The position numbers and the translations under genes are program-made. DNA of 60,083 nt from Anaerolineae bacterium. Lineage in GTDB: Bacteria > Chloroflexota > Anaerolineae > B4-G1. Below, piece after piece: positions 34,795 to 43,379 of this stretch (positions are counted from its first letter, which is position 1; each line of letters opens with the position of its first letter). The notes beneath the pieces were generated by a model. It saw only the letters and a list, made by a program, of their open reading frames with translations, had not been told where the DNA came from and searched no databases. The stretch spans positions 1 to 60,083 of the forward strand of contig DAOTYA010000045.1 of assembly GCA_034435075.1 (NCBI GenBank), written 5' to 3'.

Positions 34795-35837
34795 TATCCG
34801 GCCACCATGCGTCTCAGGCTGAGATCAAAGGGGGGATAGGCAATACCATTCTCGGTGATGATACCCGTCACGTAACGGTAAGGGGTCACGTCGAAAGCCG
34901 GGTTGGCCACCCGCACCCCTGCCGGTGCGATCGGCTGGCCGTCCACGGTGATGTCGGTGATCTCCCCGGCCGGCCGCTCTTCGATGGGAATGTCGTCGCC
35001 CGAAGGTAGCGACAGGTCAATGGTGGAAGTGGGGACACAAGGGTAGAAGGGGATTCCGTTGGCCTGGGCCACGACTGCCAGCTTGTAGGTCCCGATCTTA
35101 TTGGCGACATCGCCGTTCGCTGCCACCCGGTCGGCTCCTACCAGGACGATGTCTACCTGACCGGTGCGCATGAAGTGGCCGGCGGCATTGTCAGCGATCA
35201 GGGTGAAAGGAATGCCCAGTTGCTGTAATTCCCAGGCGGTAAGCCGCGCGCCCTGGAGGCGCGGGCGTGTTTCGTCTACCAGCACGTGGATGCGTTTGCC
35301 CTGCTCGTAGGCGGTGCGGATAACGCCCAGCGCGGTACCGTAATCCACGGTAGCCAGCGCCCCGGTGTTGCAGTGATGCAGGATGGTATCGCCATCCCGA
35401 ATGAGCGCAGCTCCATATTCCCCCAGGCGTTTATTGATCTCCACGTCCTCATCGGCCATGGCCTGCGCCTCGGTCAACAGCACACCTGGGATGGCCGCCG
35501 GGTCTGGTTCTGATTCGGCACGACGCAGCATACGCTTCACGGCCCACGAGAGATTGACCGCTGTCGGCCGGGCAGCGCACAGCAAGTCCGCTGCCGCTCT
35601 GAGGTCCTGGAGCAACTGCTCTCGCTCGCGGGCGTGGCTCTGTTGCGCGGCCAACACCATGCCAAAAGCAGCCGCCACCCCGATCGCAGGCGCCCCCCGT
35701 ACAACCATGCTGCGGATGGCCTCCGCCACTTCGCGATAATCGGCATACTCAACCAGCCGGAACTCTCCCGGCAGCAGCCGCTGATCAATCATGCGCACCG
35801 CGCCGGGGATTCCTCCATACCATTCAACACTGCGCAT
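34794..35837 (-). CDS. mtnA: S-methyl-5-thioribose-1-phosphate isomerase
   Basis: [65 protein letters not shown]. Confidence 0.92.
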   Translation of the reverse strand: MRSVEWYGGIPGAVRMIDQRLLPGEFRLVEYADYREVAEAIRSMVVRGAPAIGVAAAFGMVLAAQQSHAREREQLLQDLRAAADLLCAARPTAVNLSWAVKRMLRRAESEPDPAAIPGVLLTEAQAMADEDVEINKRLGEYGAALIRDGDTILHHCNTGALATVDYGTALGVIRTAYEQGKRIHVLVDETRPRLQGARLTAWELQQLGIPFTLIADNAAGHFMRTGQVDIVLVGADRVAANGDVANKIGTYKLAVVAQANGIPFYPCVPTSTIDLSLPSGDDIPIEERPAGEITDITVDGQPIAPAGVRVANPAFDVTPYRYVTGIITENGIAYPPFDLSLRRMVAG

Positions 35838-35902
35838 AGCTCTCCCGCTTCAGAGGTGAGACTGCCGGGGCACAGTAGCGCCGCACCCCGACGCGGGGGT
35901 AT

Positions 35903-35930
35903 AGTATACCAGATAGAGCTGGCAAGGCAA
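35903..35930 (-). promoter_or_regulatory. candidate promoter for mtnA
   Basis: On the minus strand: TTGCCT, a 16-nt spacer, then TGGTATACT (extended -10), in the 99-nt mutS-mtnA spacer. Confidence 0.35.
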
Positions 35931-35936
35931 GGTATG

Positions 35937-38900
35937 CTACCGGCGTGCGGAGGAGCGGTGGCGCGTCGGCGGGACCGCTTTCTGGTTTACCAGCCGCTGA
36001 AATTCGTAAAGCTTGTTCAACGCCTCCAACGGGGTCATAGAGGTGATGTCGAGGGCCCGGATTTCCTCGATGACCGGATGCTCCTGCACAAAGAGCAATG
36101 GCTGGTAGGGCTGTTGGGCAGGCGTGCCAGGGCGAAACTCGCCGCTCTCCAGACGGGCCAGCAACTCCTCCGCCCGGTTGATGACCGGACGAGGCACTCC
36201 TGCCAGTTGTGCCACGTGTATGCCATAAGAACGGTCGGCACCACCGGGCACAACCTTGTGCAGGAAGATCACGCGGTTCCCCTCCTCAATCACCGCCAGA
36301 TTGTAGTTACGCACAGCCGGAAGCCGGTCGGCTATCTCCGTCAGCTCATGGTAATGGGTGGCGAAAAGCGTGCGTGCCCGTCGCTCCGGGTGATTGTGCA
36401 GATATTCCACCACGGCCCAGGCGATGGAGAGGCCATCGTAGGTGCTGGTGCCGCGCCCGATCTCATCAAGGATAAGCAAACTGCGCGGCGTGGCATGATT
36501 TAGGATGTTGGCCGTCTCTACCATCTCAACCATAAAGGTGGATTGACCCGAGGCAACCTCATCCTGTGCTCCGATGCGCGTGAAGATGCGGTCTACAATG
36601 CCTATATGCGCCCGCTCAGCCGGCACGAAGCTCCCTATCTGCGCCATCAACACGATGAGAGCATTCTGGCGCAGAAACACCGAGTTGTGGCTGACAAACC
36701 CGGCCGCCACGTAGGCGTTCCCATCGGGCACGCTCAAGTCGCACACCTGTCGGACGCCCGCCGGTTCAACTGAGATAACCGTGTCATAAAACAGCCCGTC
36801 GCTCTCCAGGGAGAGGACATCGCGCTCGTGAGGGTCAACATGGAGCAGCCCTTTGCATACCTGTTTTCCGGGCGATCGGAAGCCGATCCTGTCGTAAAAG
36901 GCCAGGGCATCCCTGCCATACATGGTAAGCTGACAGGAGGGACGCCCGGAGACCTTGCCGATGTGCAGAGAACTGATGACGCCGTGATTAAGCAGCAACA
37001 ACTGCACCTGACGCACCAACCGCGGTGAGGGGGCAGAGAAGGTGATGTGGCCATCGTGTGCGTCTGCGCTGGCGGAAGCATCGAAGAGACCCTGCAAGAA
37101 AGCAACTGTTATCTCCCTGGGAGATTGGAGAATCACTTTGGGTATCTCTTTCTCGCAGGAACGAACGTATCCCAACCCCAGCCCCGCCATAAACCGACGG
37201 ACGTCTGCACTGGCAACACTCAAGGTCCAGATGCTGCCACCGCGTGTGGACTCTGGAAGCGGCTGACACCCGAAGCACAGTTGAGCGACTCTGCAAAATT
37301 CCCGGGCTGTAAATTCATCCTGTAGTGTGATGACAATGCGCCTGCGATACTTCAGATTCCCACTGCCGGTAAGCAGGCCGGTGAGGTATGCCAGCTCAGG
37401 TGTTAACTTATCAGGATACCGGCAACCATCTCCGGCTGGTACCTCAATGTCCAGTGTCAGTTTGCCACCCCACAGCCCGGTATCGGGCTTGAGGGCCGCA
37501 AAATCCCCCAGTGCCAGCTCACTCAGCGGCACCCACCCTGTTGTGCCATCCGGCCTGCGCACCCACAGACGATGTTCAGGTGTTCCGATCAGCTCATATC
37601 CCCTGTTCGTCGTTACCCGCAAAACAGGTGCACAGCCACCGTCATAGAAATGGGATGTCGTCGTATGTCCGTTCTTTCCGCACACGCCCGTCTGGAGGGT
37701 CGTGAAGGTGTGTGCCTGAGCCTGCGCGGGCCGCAGGTCTCCAATGCGCAGCAAACCGTGTTCGGTGCAGAGCAGGGTGTCCTCGTCAACACATTTGCCG
37801 GCCATGTTCGGCCCGGTAATGATCAGGATACGCTCTTCCTGGTTCAGGCGCAGATCGTTGGGTACGAAAGGTTCATCCTGAAGCGTCTGCTCTACCACGG
37901 GATGCCGGCCGGCAATAATTTCGAGCGTATCATCATCGCCGATGGTGGGGCGCACATAGCGGTTGCGCACAGCGACCTCCGCCAGAGCCGCTGCCACGTC
38001 TATGGATGCCAGGGTGCGCGCTGTATGGAGCAGTCTCTTTCCCTGGGCACTGATCTGCCGGCAGAGGTCATGAAACAGGCGTGTTTCGACCTCAACCTGC
38101 CGTTCCTCCGCATGCAGGATCAGGGATTCGTACTCCTTCAGCTCGGGTGTGATAAACCGCTCAGCGTTGACCAGCGTCTGTTTACGGATGTAATCGGCAG
38201 GCACGGAGTCCAGATTCGCTTTGGTTACCTCCAGATAGTAACCAAACACCTTGTTGTAGCCAACCTTGAGGCTTTTGATACCTGTGCGCTCACGCTCTCG
38301 TCTCTCCAGCCCGGCGATCCATTGCCTGGCTTCCTGGGAGGCGGTGACGATGCCATCCAATTCGGCAGAGAAGCCGGGGCGGATCACGCCGCCGGCGGAG
38401 AGGCCGGCCGGTGGGTCATCCACAATAGCCGAGGCGATCAGCCCGGCAACGTCACTGCACGGGTCGAGTTCAGAGGCCTGGGGCAGGAAGCCGGCCAGGG
38501 TCTCCACCAGCCCGGGCAACGCTTCAAGAGCCCTGCGGATGCCGGGCAGGTCACGGGGTGTGGCGATCCCGGTCAGCACCCGGTTGGTCAAACGCTCCAG
38601 GTCGGGCATATTTTTGAGCAGCTCGCGCGTGCGTCCCCGGACGACGGCGTCATTGTAAAAGGCCTCCACTTCATCGAGGCGTCGCTCCAGCTCAACCCGG
38701 TCCAGCAGGGGCTGGGCAAGCCGCGTACGCAGCAGCCGTCCCCCCATCGGTGTGAGCGTCAGATCGAGGACGCCCAACAGCGATCCGCGCGTCTTGCGCT
38801 CGCGGATCGTCTCGGTCAGCTCAAGGTTGCGGCGCGTGGCCGGGTCGAGGGTCATAAAGCGAGCGGTGGAGTAGGTGCTGAGAGTTGTGATGTTGGCCAG

Positions 38901-39653
38901 CAATCCCTTGCCGGTGTCGCGCAGGTAGTGGATGATGGCCCCTGCAGCCTGCAGCGCCAGCGGTTTACCCGCGCATCCGAAGCCGTCCAGTGTGGCCACG
39001 CCGAAGTGGTCCAGCAGTGTCTGACGGGCCAGCCCCAGCTCAAAACGATAGGCCGGCAGCGGAGTCAGGTGCAGGTTGGGAAACAATGTGCGCAGTCCGG
39101 CAAGCGCGGGTAGCTCATCGGCTGACTCGGACACCAGACACTCTCTTGGCTGGAGGCGTGCCAGCTCCTCGACGACTTCGTCCGTACTCAATTGAGTGGT
39201 GGCGAACTCGCCGGTGGTGATGTCTGCATGGGCCAGGCCGGCCTGTTCCCCTTCGACCACCAGCGCGGCCAGGTAGTTGGGCCGCCGTTCGTCCAGGAGC
39301 GCCGGTTCAACGACCGTACCGGGGGTCACCACACGCGTGACCTCGCGAGCAACCAGCCCGGCGCCGGAGACCTCGCCCACCTGTTCGGCGATAGCAACGC
39401 GGTAACCTTTTTCGATCAGGCGCGCGATATAGCTCTCGACGGCGTGATACGGAACCCCGGCCATAGGTACACGCTGGGTCTTGGACACCGGCCGCGAGGT
39501 GAGTACCAGGTCCAGTTCGCGAGCAGCGATCTCCGCATCCTTATCGAAGGTCTCGTAAAAGTCACCCAGTCGGAAGAATACGATGGCATCCGGATGCCGG
39601 GCTTTGATCTGCAGATACTGCTGGCGAACGGGAGTTACGTCAGACATGGCCAC
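35937..39653 (-). CDS. mutS: DNA mismatch repair protein MutS, interrupted by an intein
   Basis: Mismatch-binding N-terminus (TPVRQQYLQIKARHPDAIVFFRLGDFYETF), clamp/core region and ATPase (TGPNMAGK | intein | SVFLRQ.., DEIGRGTSTYDG, TLFATHYHEL). 1238 aa versus roughly 870 for typical bacterial MutS. Confidence 0.95.
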   Translation of the reverse strand: MAMSDVTPVRQQYLQIKARHPDAIVFFRLGDFYETFDKDAEIAARELDLVLTSRPVSKTQRVPMAGVPYHAVESYIARLIEKGYRVAIAEQVGEVSGAGLVAREVTRVVTPGTVVEPALLDERRPNYLAALVVEGEQAGLAHADITTGEFATTQLSTDEVVEELARLQPRECLVSESADELPALAGLRTLFPNLHLTPLPAYRFELGLARQTLLDHFGVATLDGFGCAGKPLALQAAGAIIHYLRDTGKGLLANITTLSTYSTARFMTLDPATRRNLELTETIRERKTRGSLLGVLDLTLTPMGGRLLRTRLAQPLLDRVELERRLDEVEAFYNDAVVRGRTRELLKNMPDLERLTNRVLTGIATPRDLPGIRRALEALPGLVETLAGFLPQASELDPCSDVAGLIASAIVDDPPAGLSAGGVIRPGFSAELDGIVTASQEARQWIAGLERRERERTGIKSLKVGYNKVFGYYLEVTKANLDSVPADYIRKQTLVNAERFITPELKEYESLILHAEERQVEVETRLFHDLCRQISAQGKRLLHTARTLASIDVAAALAEVAVRNRYVRPTIGDDDTLEIIAGRHPVVEQTLQDEPFVPNDLRLNQEERILIITGPNMAGKCVDEDTLLCTEHGLLRIGDLRPAQAQAHTFTTLQTGVCGKNGHTTTSHFYDGGCAPVLRVTTNRGYELIGTPEHRLWVRRPDGTTGWVPLSELALGDFAALKPDTGLWGGKLTLDIEVPAGDGCRYPDKLTPELAYLTGLLTGSGNLKYRRRIVITLQDEFTAREFCRVAQLCFGCQPLPESTRGGSIWTLSVASADVRRFMAGLGLGYVRSCEKEIPKVILQSPREITVAFLQGLFDASASADAHDGHITFSAPSPRLVRQVQLLLLNHGVISSLHIGKVSGRPSCQLTMYGRDALAFYDRIGFRSPGKQVCKGLLHVDPHERDVLSLESDGLFYDTVISVEPAGVRQVCDLSVPDGNAYVAAGFVSHNSVFLRQNALIVLMAQIGSFVPAERAHIGIVDRIFTRIGAQDEVASGQSTFMVEMVETANILNHATPRSLLILDEIGRGTSTYDGLSIAWAVVEYLHNHPERRARTLFATHYHELTEIADRLPAVRNYNLAVIEEGNRVIFLHKVVPGGADRSYGIHVAQLAGVPRPVINRAEELLARLESGEFRPGTPAQQPYQPLLFVQEHPVIEEIRALDITSMTPLEALNKLYEFQRLVNQKAVPPTRHRSSARR
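36684..37793 (-). mobile_element. 370-aa class-1 intein with LAGLIDADG-type homing-endonuclease domain, inserted in the MutS Walker A motif
   Basis: Cys1 (TGT, 37793-37791) follows GPNMAGK. Block B is GTPEHRLWV. LAGLIDADG-like helices are LAYLTGLLTGSGNL and VAFLQGLFDASASA. Blocks F/G are VCDLSVPDGNAYVAAGFVSHN (Asn, 36686-36684), followed by Ser+1. Confidence 0.88.
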
Positions 39654-39662
39654 GGTGAAACG

Positions 39663-40088
39663 CTACTTTCGCTGGCTGGCAACAACGCTATGGCGCAGGT
39701 GAAAGGCAATCAGGATGATGATCAGCAGCATCCCCACAGCAAGGAGGCTGCCCGAATGCGCGTCAGCGCCGCTCTGGGGCAGGAGAGGTACAGGCGTGGC
39801 AGTTGCCGGAGGTGGTAAGGTGGCTTCGGCTCTGGTCTGCTCTGTGGGGGACGGCACTATCGGTGCTGTCGGTGTGATCGCTGTGGGAACAGGTGTATCC
39901 GCAGGCACAGGCGACGCCTCGGGCGTGTACGTGGACTCCGGCGTGTCCGTGGGCGCAGGCGACGCCTCGGGCGTGTACGTGGGCTCCGGCGTGCTGGTGA
40001 ACCCAAGCCCGGGCCTTGCCCCGGCATAGACAATATTTAACAGGCAAAGGGCCACAACAATTGCAATGACAGGATAAACTCTGCGCAT
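39663..40088 (-). CDS. secreted Pro/Thr-rich repeat protein with LPxSG-type C-terminal anchor signal
   Basis: Signal peptide (VIAIVVALCLLNIVYA), PE[PS]TYTPEASP[AV]P[TA]DT repeats, then LPQSG, a hydrophobic helix (LLAVGMLLIIILIAF) and a basic tail (HLRHSVVASQRK). Confidence 0.6.
   Translation of the reverse strand: MRRVYPVIAIVVALCLLNIVYAGARPGLGFTSTPEPTYTPEASPAPTDTPESTYTPEASPVPADTPVPTAITPTAPIVPSPTEQTRAEATLPPPATATPVPLLPQSGADAHSGSLLAVGMLLIIILIAFHLRHSVVASQRK
39907..39993. repeat. 2 x 48-nt tandem repeat inside the CDS
   Basis: CAGGCGACGCCTCGGGCGTGTACGTGG[A/G]CTCCGGCGTG occurs twice with a 48-nt period. Confidence 0.85.
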
Positions 40089-40106
40089 TTGACGCTCCTT
40101 TTTACT

Positions 40107-40169
40107 ACAACCGCACTTCCTCGTTTTGAAGGGTCAGAGGTTACTATCACCTTGGGCGTCCGCGGTTGT
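40107..40169 (+). repeat. SR5 module, second copy, here closed by ACAACCGC/GCGGTTGT
   Basis: ACAACCGCACTTCCTCGTTTTGAAGGGTCAGAGGTTACTATCACCTTGGGCGTCCGCGGTTGT. Confidence 0.85.
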
Positions 40170-40410
40170 AGAACTATCCAAAGCAGGACAGCTTTGCCAG
40201 GCTGTCCAGGCAGACCGGAAAGGCCGCAGGCAGTTTTTCGGACAGGTGCTTAATGTGGCAGGCCCCCGGGTCAACCGCGTAACTCCCGCGTATTATATCC
40301 TGTTCCGGTCAACAGGCAATGCATCTCACCTGATAACTTTTTCGACCTGTGCATTATCTGCCTCTTCTGAATTACGACCGGTGCGGTTGGATGGAATTCA
40401 CCGCAAAGCA

Positions 40411-40462
40411 CGCAAAGGGCGCAAAGATTTTCTATCGTTCTTTGCGCCCTTTGCGGTTTTCT
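40411..40462 (+). terminator. strong orphan intrinsic terminator
   Basis: 17-bp perfect stem CGCAAAGGGCGCAAAGA / TCTTTGCGCCCTTTGCG, an 11-nt loop, then GTTTTCT. No annotated gene lies upstream on this strand. Confidence 0.6.
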
Positions 40463-40483
40463 GACTGCACAGGTCGAACTTTT

Positions 40484-40512
40484 TTGACAGCCACACCTGG
40501 TTGTGGTAACAT
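40484..40512 (+). promoter_or_regulatory. candidate promoter for 40593 gene
   Basis: TTGACA, a 17-nt spacer, then TAACAT. Confidence 0.3.
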
Positions 40513-40592
40513 TAAGGCAACTCAAAGCATGTGTACTCTGCGTTCCTGTCAGTCAGCAGGAACAGAGTTTTGCGCGACCGCGCAGGCAAGCT

Positions 40593-41042
40593 ATGCCCGA
40601 ACATCACACTGGTGTGGCACCCAGTAGCCACCGGCATCGCAGACAGCTTATTTTGCTCCTGACTCTGCCCGTGCCCGTGATTGGGGTCGCCAATCTGATC
40701 AGGCTGGGGATGGCTCTACGCTACTCCGCCCTGCTGCTCGACCTGCCCATGACCGTTTCATGGGCCTATCTGGCAATGATGGGGGGAGTGTGGGGGGTAG
40801 TTTTCATCATCTGCACGGCCGGGTTGGTAAGTTTCCGCCCGTGGGGGCGCCGGATGACCCTGGCTACGGTGACACTCTACGAAGCTCACGTCTGGTTCAA
40901 CCACCTTGTTTTCGATGCCTCTGACTATGCTCGCCTGACCATACCCCGCGACCTTACGCTGAGCCTGATGCTTTTGCTTATCATCTGGGGTACACTTAAC
41001 ATTCCTGCTCTACGCGCGGAGTTCGTGGCCAAAGCCGACTGA
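40593..41042 (+). CDS. membrane protein, unknown function
   Basis: Start chosen at MPEHHTG. Four hydrophobic helices. Confidence 0.55.
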   Translation: MPEHHTGVAPSSHRHRRQLILLLTLPVPVIGVANLIRLGMALRYSALLLDLPMTVSWAYLAMMGGVWGVVFIICTAGLVSFRPWGRRMTLATVTLYEAHVWFNHLVFDASDYARLTIPRDLTLSLMLLLIIWGTLNIPALRAEFVAKAD

Positions 41043-41073
41043 TCGGAGGGTGAGATGCGCCGGCAGTTTAGTG

Positions 41074-41159
41074 CCTATCCGAAAAACGTAACCGACGCAT
41101 CCCCATGCGTCGGTATAAGCGGCATAGGGATGCCGCTTGTACGGTTTTTCGGATAGGCT
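41074..41159 (+). repeat. CR1 repeat, copy E
   Basis: Identical to copy B. Confidence 0.95.
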
Positions 41160-41224
41160 CTTAGTCAGAAGTCCGTAGTCCAAAGTCTGTAATCCGAGGT
41201 CCGCAGGACTGATCGGAGGGTAAG

Positions 41225-42499
41225 ATGCGCCTGAAGGTACATCTCCTGAGGCTTATCCTGCTTATCACGTTGTTCTCCCTGATCGGGTGCGCTCGACTTG
41301 CGCCGACGTCAGAACCGGTGACGATCACCTTTGTATGCCCGGAGAGCTACGGGGAATACTATGGGAACCTGCTCCAGAAGTTTCACGAGCAATACCCCCA
41401 CATCACCGTGGAACTGCGCCCTGTGCCCTGGCAGGCACTTGATGACTTGAGCGCAGGCGACGTGGACGTCCTTGTAGTTCCTTTATGGTATCTGCGCACA
41501 CTCCAGTCGCAGGGTGACCTGCTTAACCTCGATCCTTTCGTCAAAGAGGACAAGTCACTGGAGACACAGGATTTCCATCCCGGCACGCTGGAGCTGTTCA
41601 GCGTCGAAAATCACACCTGGGGTATCCCTGCCGGCATTGATCTCCTGGTGATGTTTTACAACAGGGATCTGTTTGACCGCAAAAACCTCCCCTACCCCCA
41701 GCCCGGATGGACACAGACCGAGTTCCTCGAGGCTGCATCTTCTGTCAGTGATCCTGAGGCCGGCATCTACGGGTACGTGCCCATGGCCTGGGGGTTTCCG
41801 GGGAACATATCTTACTTCGACGCCGCGCTGTTTGTGTACCTGCGCGGCGGGCGTCTGTTCGACGACCTGCAAGAGCCTACCCGTACCGCATTCGACGATC
41901 CGCTCACCGTCAATGCAGTGAAGTGGTACACCGATCTCTACCTGAAATACGCTGCCGCGCCCACACCAGAAGAGGCACGACGTGCCTTCGGTGGCGGTCG
42001 CAATACTTATTACGTAGCCGTACAACAGGGAAAGGCAGGGCTTTGGATCGGCTCGCTCTCTGAGAGAGGAGGGAGAGGGTGGCCCGTGGAGTGGAATATG
42101 AACTGGGGCGTGACGACCCTGCCCGGAGACACTCTTTTCTTCACCCAGGCCCTGCCTGATGGCTACGCTATCTACGCTGAGACCGGAGAGCCAGAAGCCT
42201 GCTGGGAACTGATCAAGTTCCTCACTCACCAGACACACTATCTTTTAGTGCCGCCCCGCAGATCGGTCACCGAGTCCGCCCTCTACGAGCAACAGGTAGG
42301 AGCGGAAGTCGCGGCTACCGCGCGTGCCTCGATGGAAAATGCCTTCTATCTGGCCGACCTGCGCAGGTTTGGTGATTTTGAAGCGGCAATGAGGCTCTTC
42401 GGACATGCCATCACCGAAGTATTGAACGGCAATCTCACCGTCGAGGAAGCAATGCAACAGGCTCAAAAACAGGCTGAAGCTGCCACTCCCCAGAGGTGA
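41225..42499 (+). CDS. ABC transporter extracellular solute-binding lipoprotein (sugar-type, family 1)
   Basis: Lipobox LFSLIGC. Typical SBP_bac_1-like length and pattern (ITFVCPE..YPHITVEL..WGIPAGIDLLVMFYNRDLF). Confidence 0.82.
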   Translation: MRLKVHLLRLILLITLFSLIGCARLAPTSEPVTITFVCPESYGEYYGNLLQKFHEQYPHITVELRPVPWQALDDLSAGDVDVLVVPLWYLRTLQSQGDLLNLDPFVKEDKSLETQDFHPGTLELFSVENHTWGIPAGIDLLVMFYNRDLFDRKNLPYPQPGWTQTEFLEAASSVSDPEAGIYGYVPMAWGFPGNISYFDAALFVYLRGGRLFDDLQEPTRTAFDDPLTVNAVKWYTDLYLKYAAAPTPEEARRAFGGGRNTYYVAVQQGKAGLWIGSLSERGGRGWPVEWNMNWGVTTLPGDTLFFTQALPDGYAIYAETGEPEACWELIKFLTHQTHYLLVPPRRSVTESALYEQQVGAEVAATARASMENAFYLADLRRFGDFEAAMRLFGHAITEVLNGNLTVEEAMQQAQKQAEAATPQR

Positions 42500-42502
42500 A
42501 CC

Positions 42503-43279
42503 ATGCGTATCGCTGTCCTCTCCGACGTGCACGGCAATCTTCTGGCCCTCGAAGCCATCCTGTCCGACCTCGAGGCGCTGGGCTTCCCCGATCTGTTCTG
42601 GGTCCTGGGCGACCTGGCTGCGTTCTGTCCCTGGCCGTCCGAGACCATAGCCCGGCTGCGGACACTGCCCAACGCCTGTTTCCTCCAGGGCAACACCGAC
42701 CGCTATCTGGTCACCGGGCGCCGCCCTGCGGTATCATCTCCCCGCTCGCCCGAGGAGTGGAGGGCCATGCCCGCCCGCCTGGCCGAACGCGACGCCAATT
42801 TCCGCTGGACGGTGGAACATTTGCCTTTCTCCGATTACGAGTTCCTGCGCGAACTGCCGACCAGATTAGAGCTGGAGGTGCCAGGTTACGGGCGCATTGC
42901 CGCCGTTCACGCCACCGGACTGCACGGGCCTGGCGGGCAGGTAGATGATGAGACCTTTGTGCTTCCGGACGCGTCAGACGAGGAGGTGCGCCGTTGCTTC
43001 GCGACGCTTGATGCAAGGCTGGTGCTCTATGGCCATACTCACCGCCCGATGGAGCGCACTACAGGCAGATTGCATATCGCCAATGACGGCAGCGTGGGCC
43101 TGCCGCTCGATGGTGATCCCCGACCCTCTTATCTCCTGCTGGATTTAACCGGAAGCGAGTGCACTGTTACCCTGCGCCGCGTGGAATACGAAAGGGAAAA
43201 GGTGGTGGCTGAACTGGAGCGGGTGAACCATCCGGCGAAGGAATGGGTGAGCGGTATCCTGTACCGCGCCAGGTTATGA
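42503..43279 (+). CDS. metallophosphoesterase
   Basis: MRIAVLSDVHGN, GDL, GNTD, YGHTH motifs. Confidence 0.88.
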   Translation: MRIAVLSDVHGNLLALEAILSDLEALGFPDLFWVLGDLAAFCPWPSETIARLRTLPNACFLQGNTDRYLVTGRRPAVSSPRSPEEWRAMPARLAERDANFRWTVEHLPFSDYEFLRELPTRLELEVPGYGRIAAVHATGLHGPGGQVDDETFVLPDASDEEVRRCFATLDARLVLYGHTHRPMERTTGRLHIANDGSVGLPLDGDPRPSYLLLDLTGSECTVTLRRVEYEREKVVAELERVNHPAKEWVSGILYRARL

Positions 43280-43379
43280 GGTGTAGCGCAGGCTCTTATC
43301 GGCAGCCTGCGCTACAGCGTGCACGAACGTTGGCGTGACCAAAAAACACCAGGCACAAAGAGCCCTTTTCCCCTCGTGG

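Noticed and set aside
37572-39113. 513-aa plus-strand ORF, and similar long ORFs at 43962-45242, 41555-42238, 22300-22944, 26855-27625 and 35634-36503.
   Set aside because: Each lies antisense to a gene with clear family motifs (mutS, PLD, SBP, kinase, GH38). They have Arg/Pro/Gly/Ser-rich, low-complexity composition typical of spurious open frames in ~60% GC DNA.
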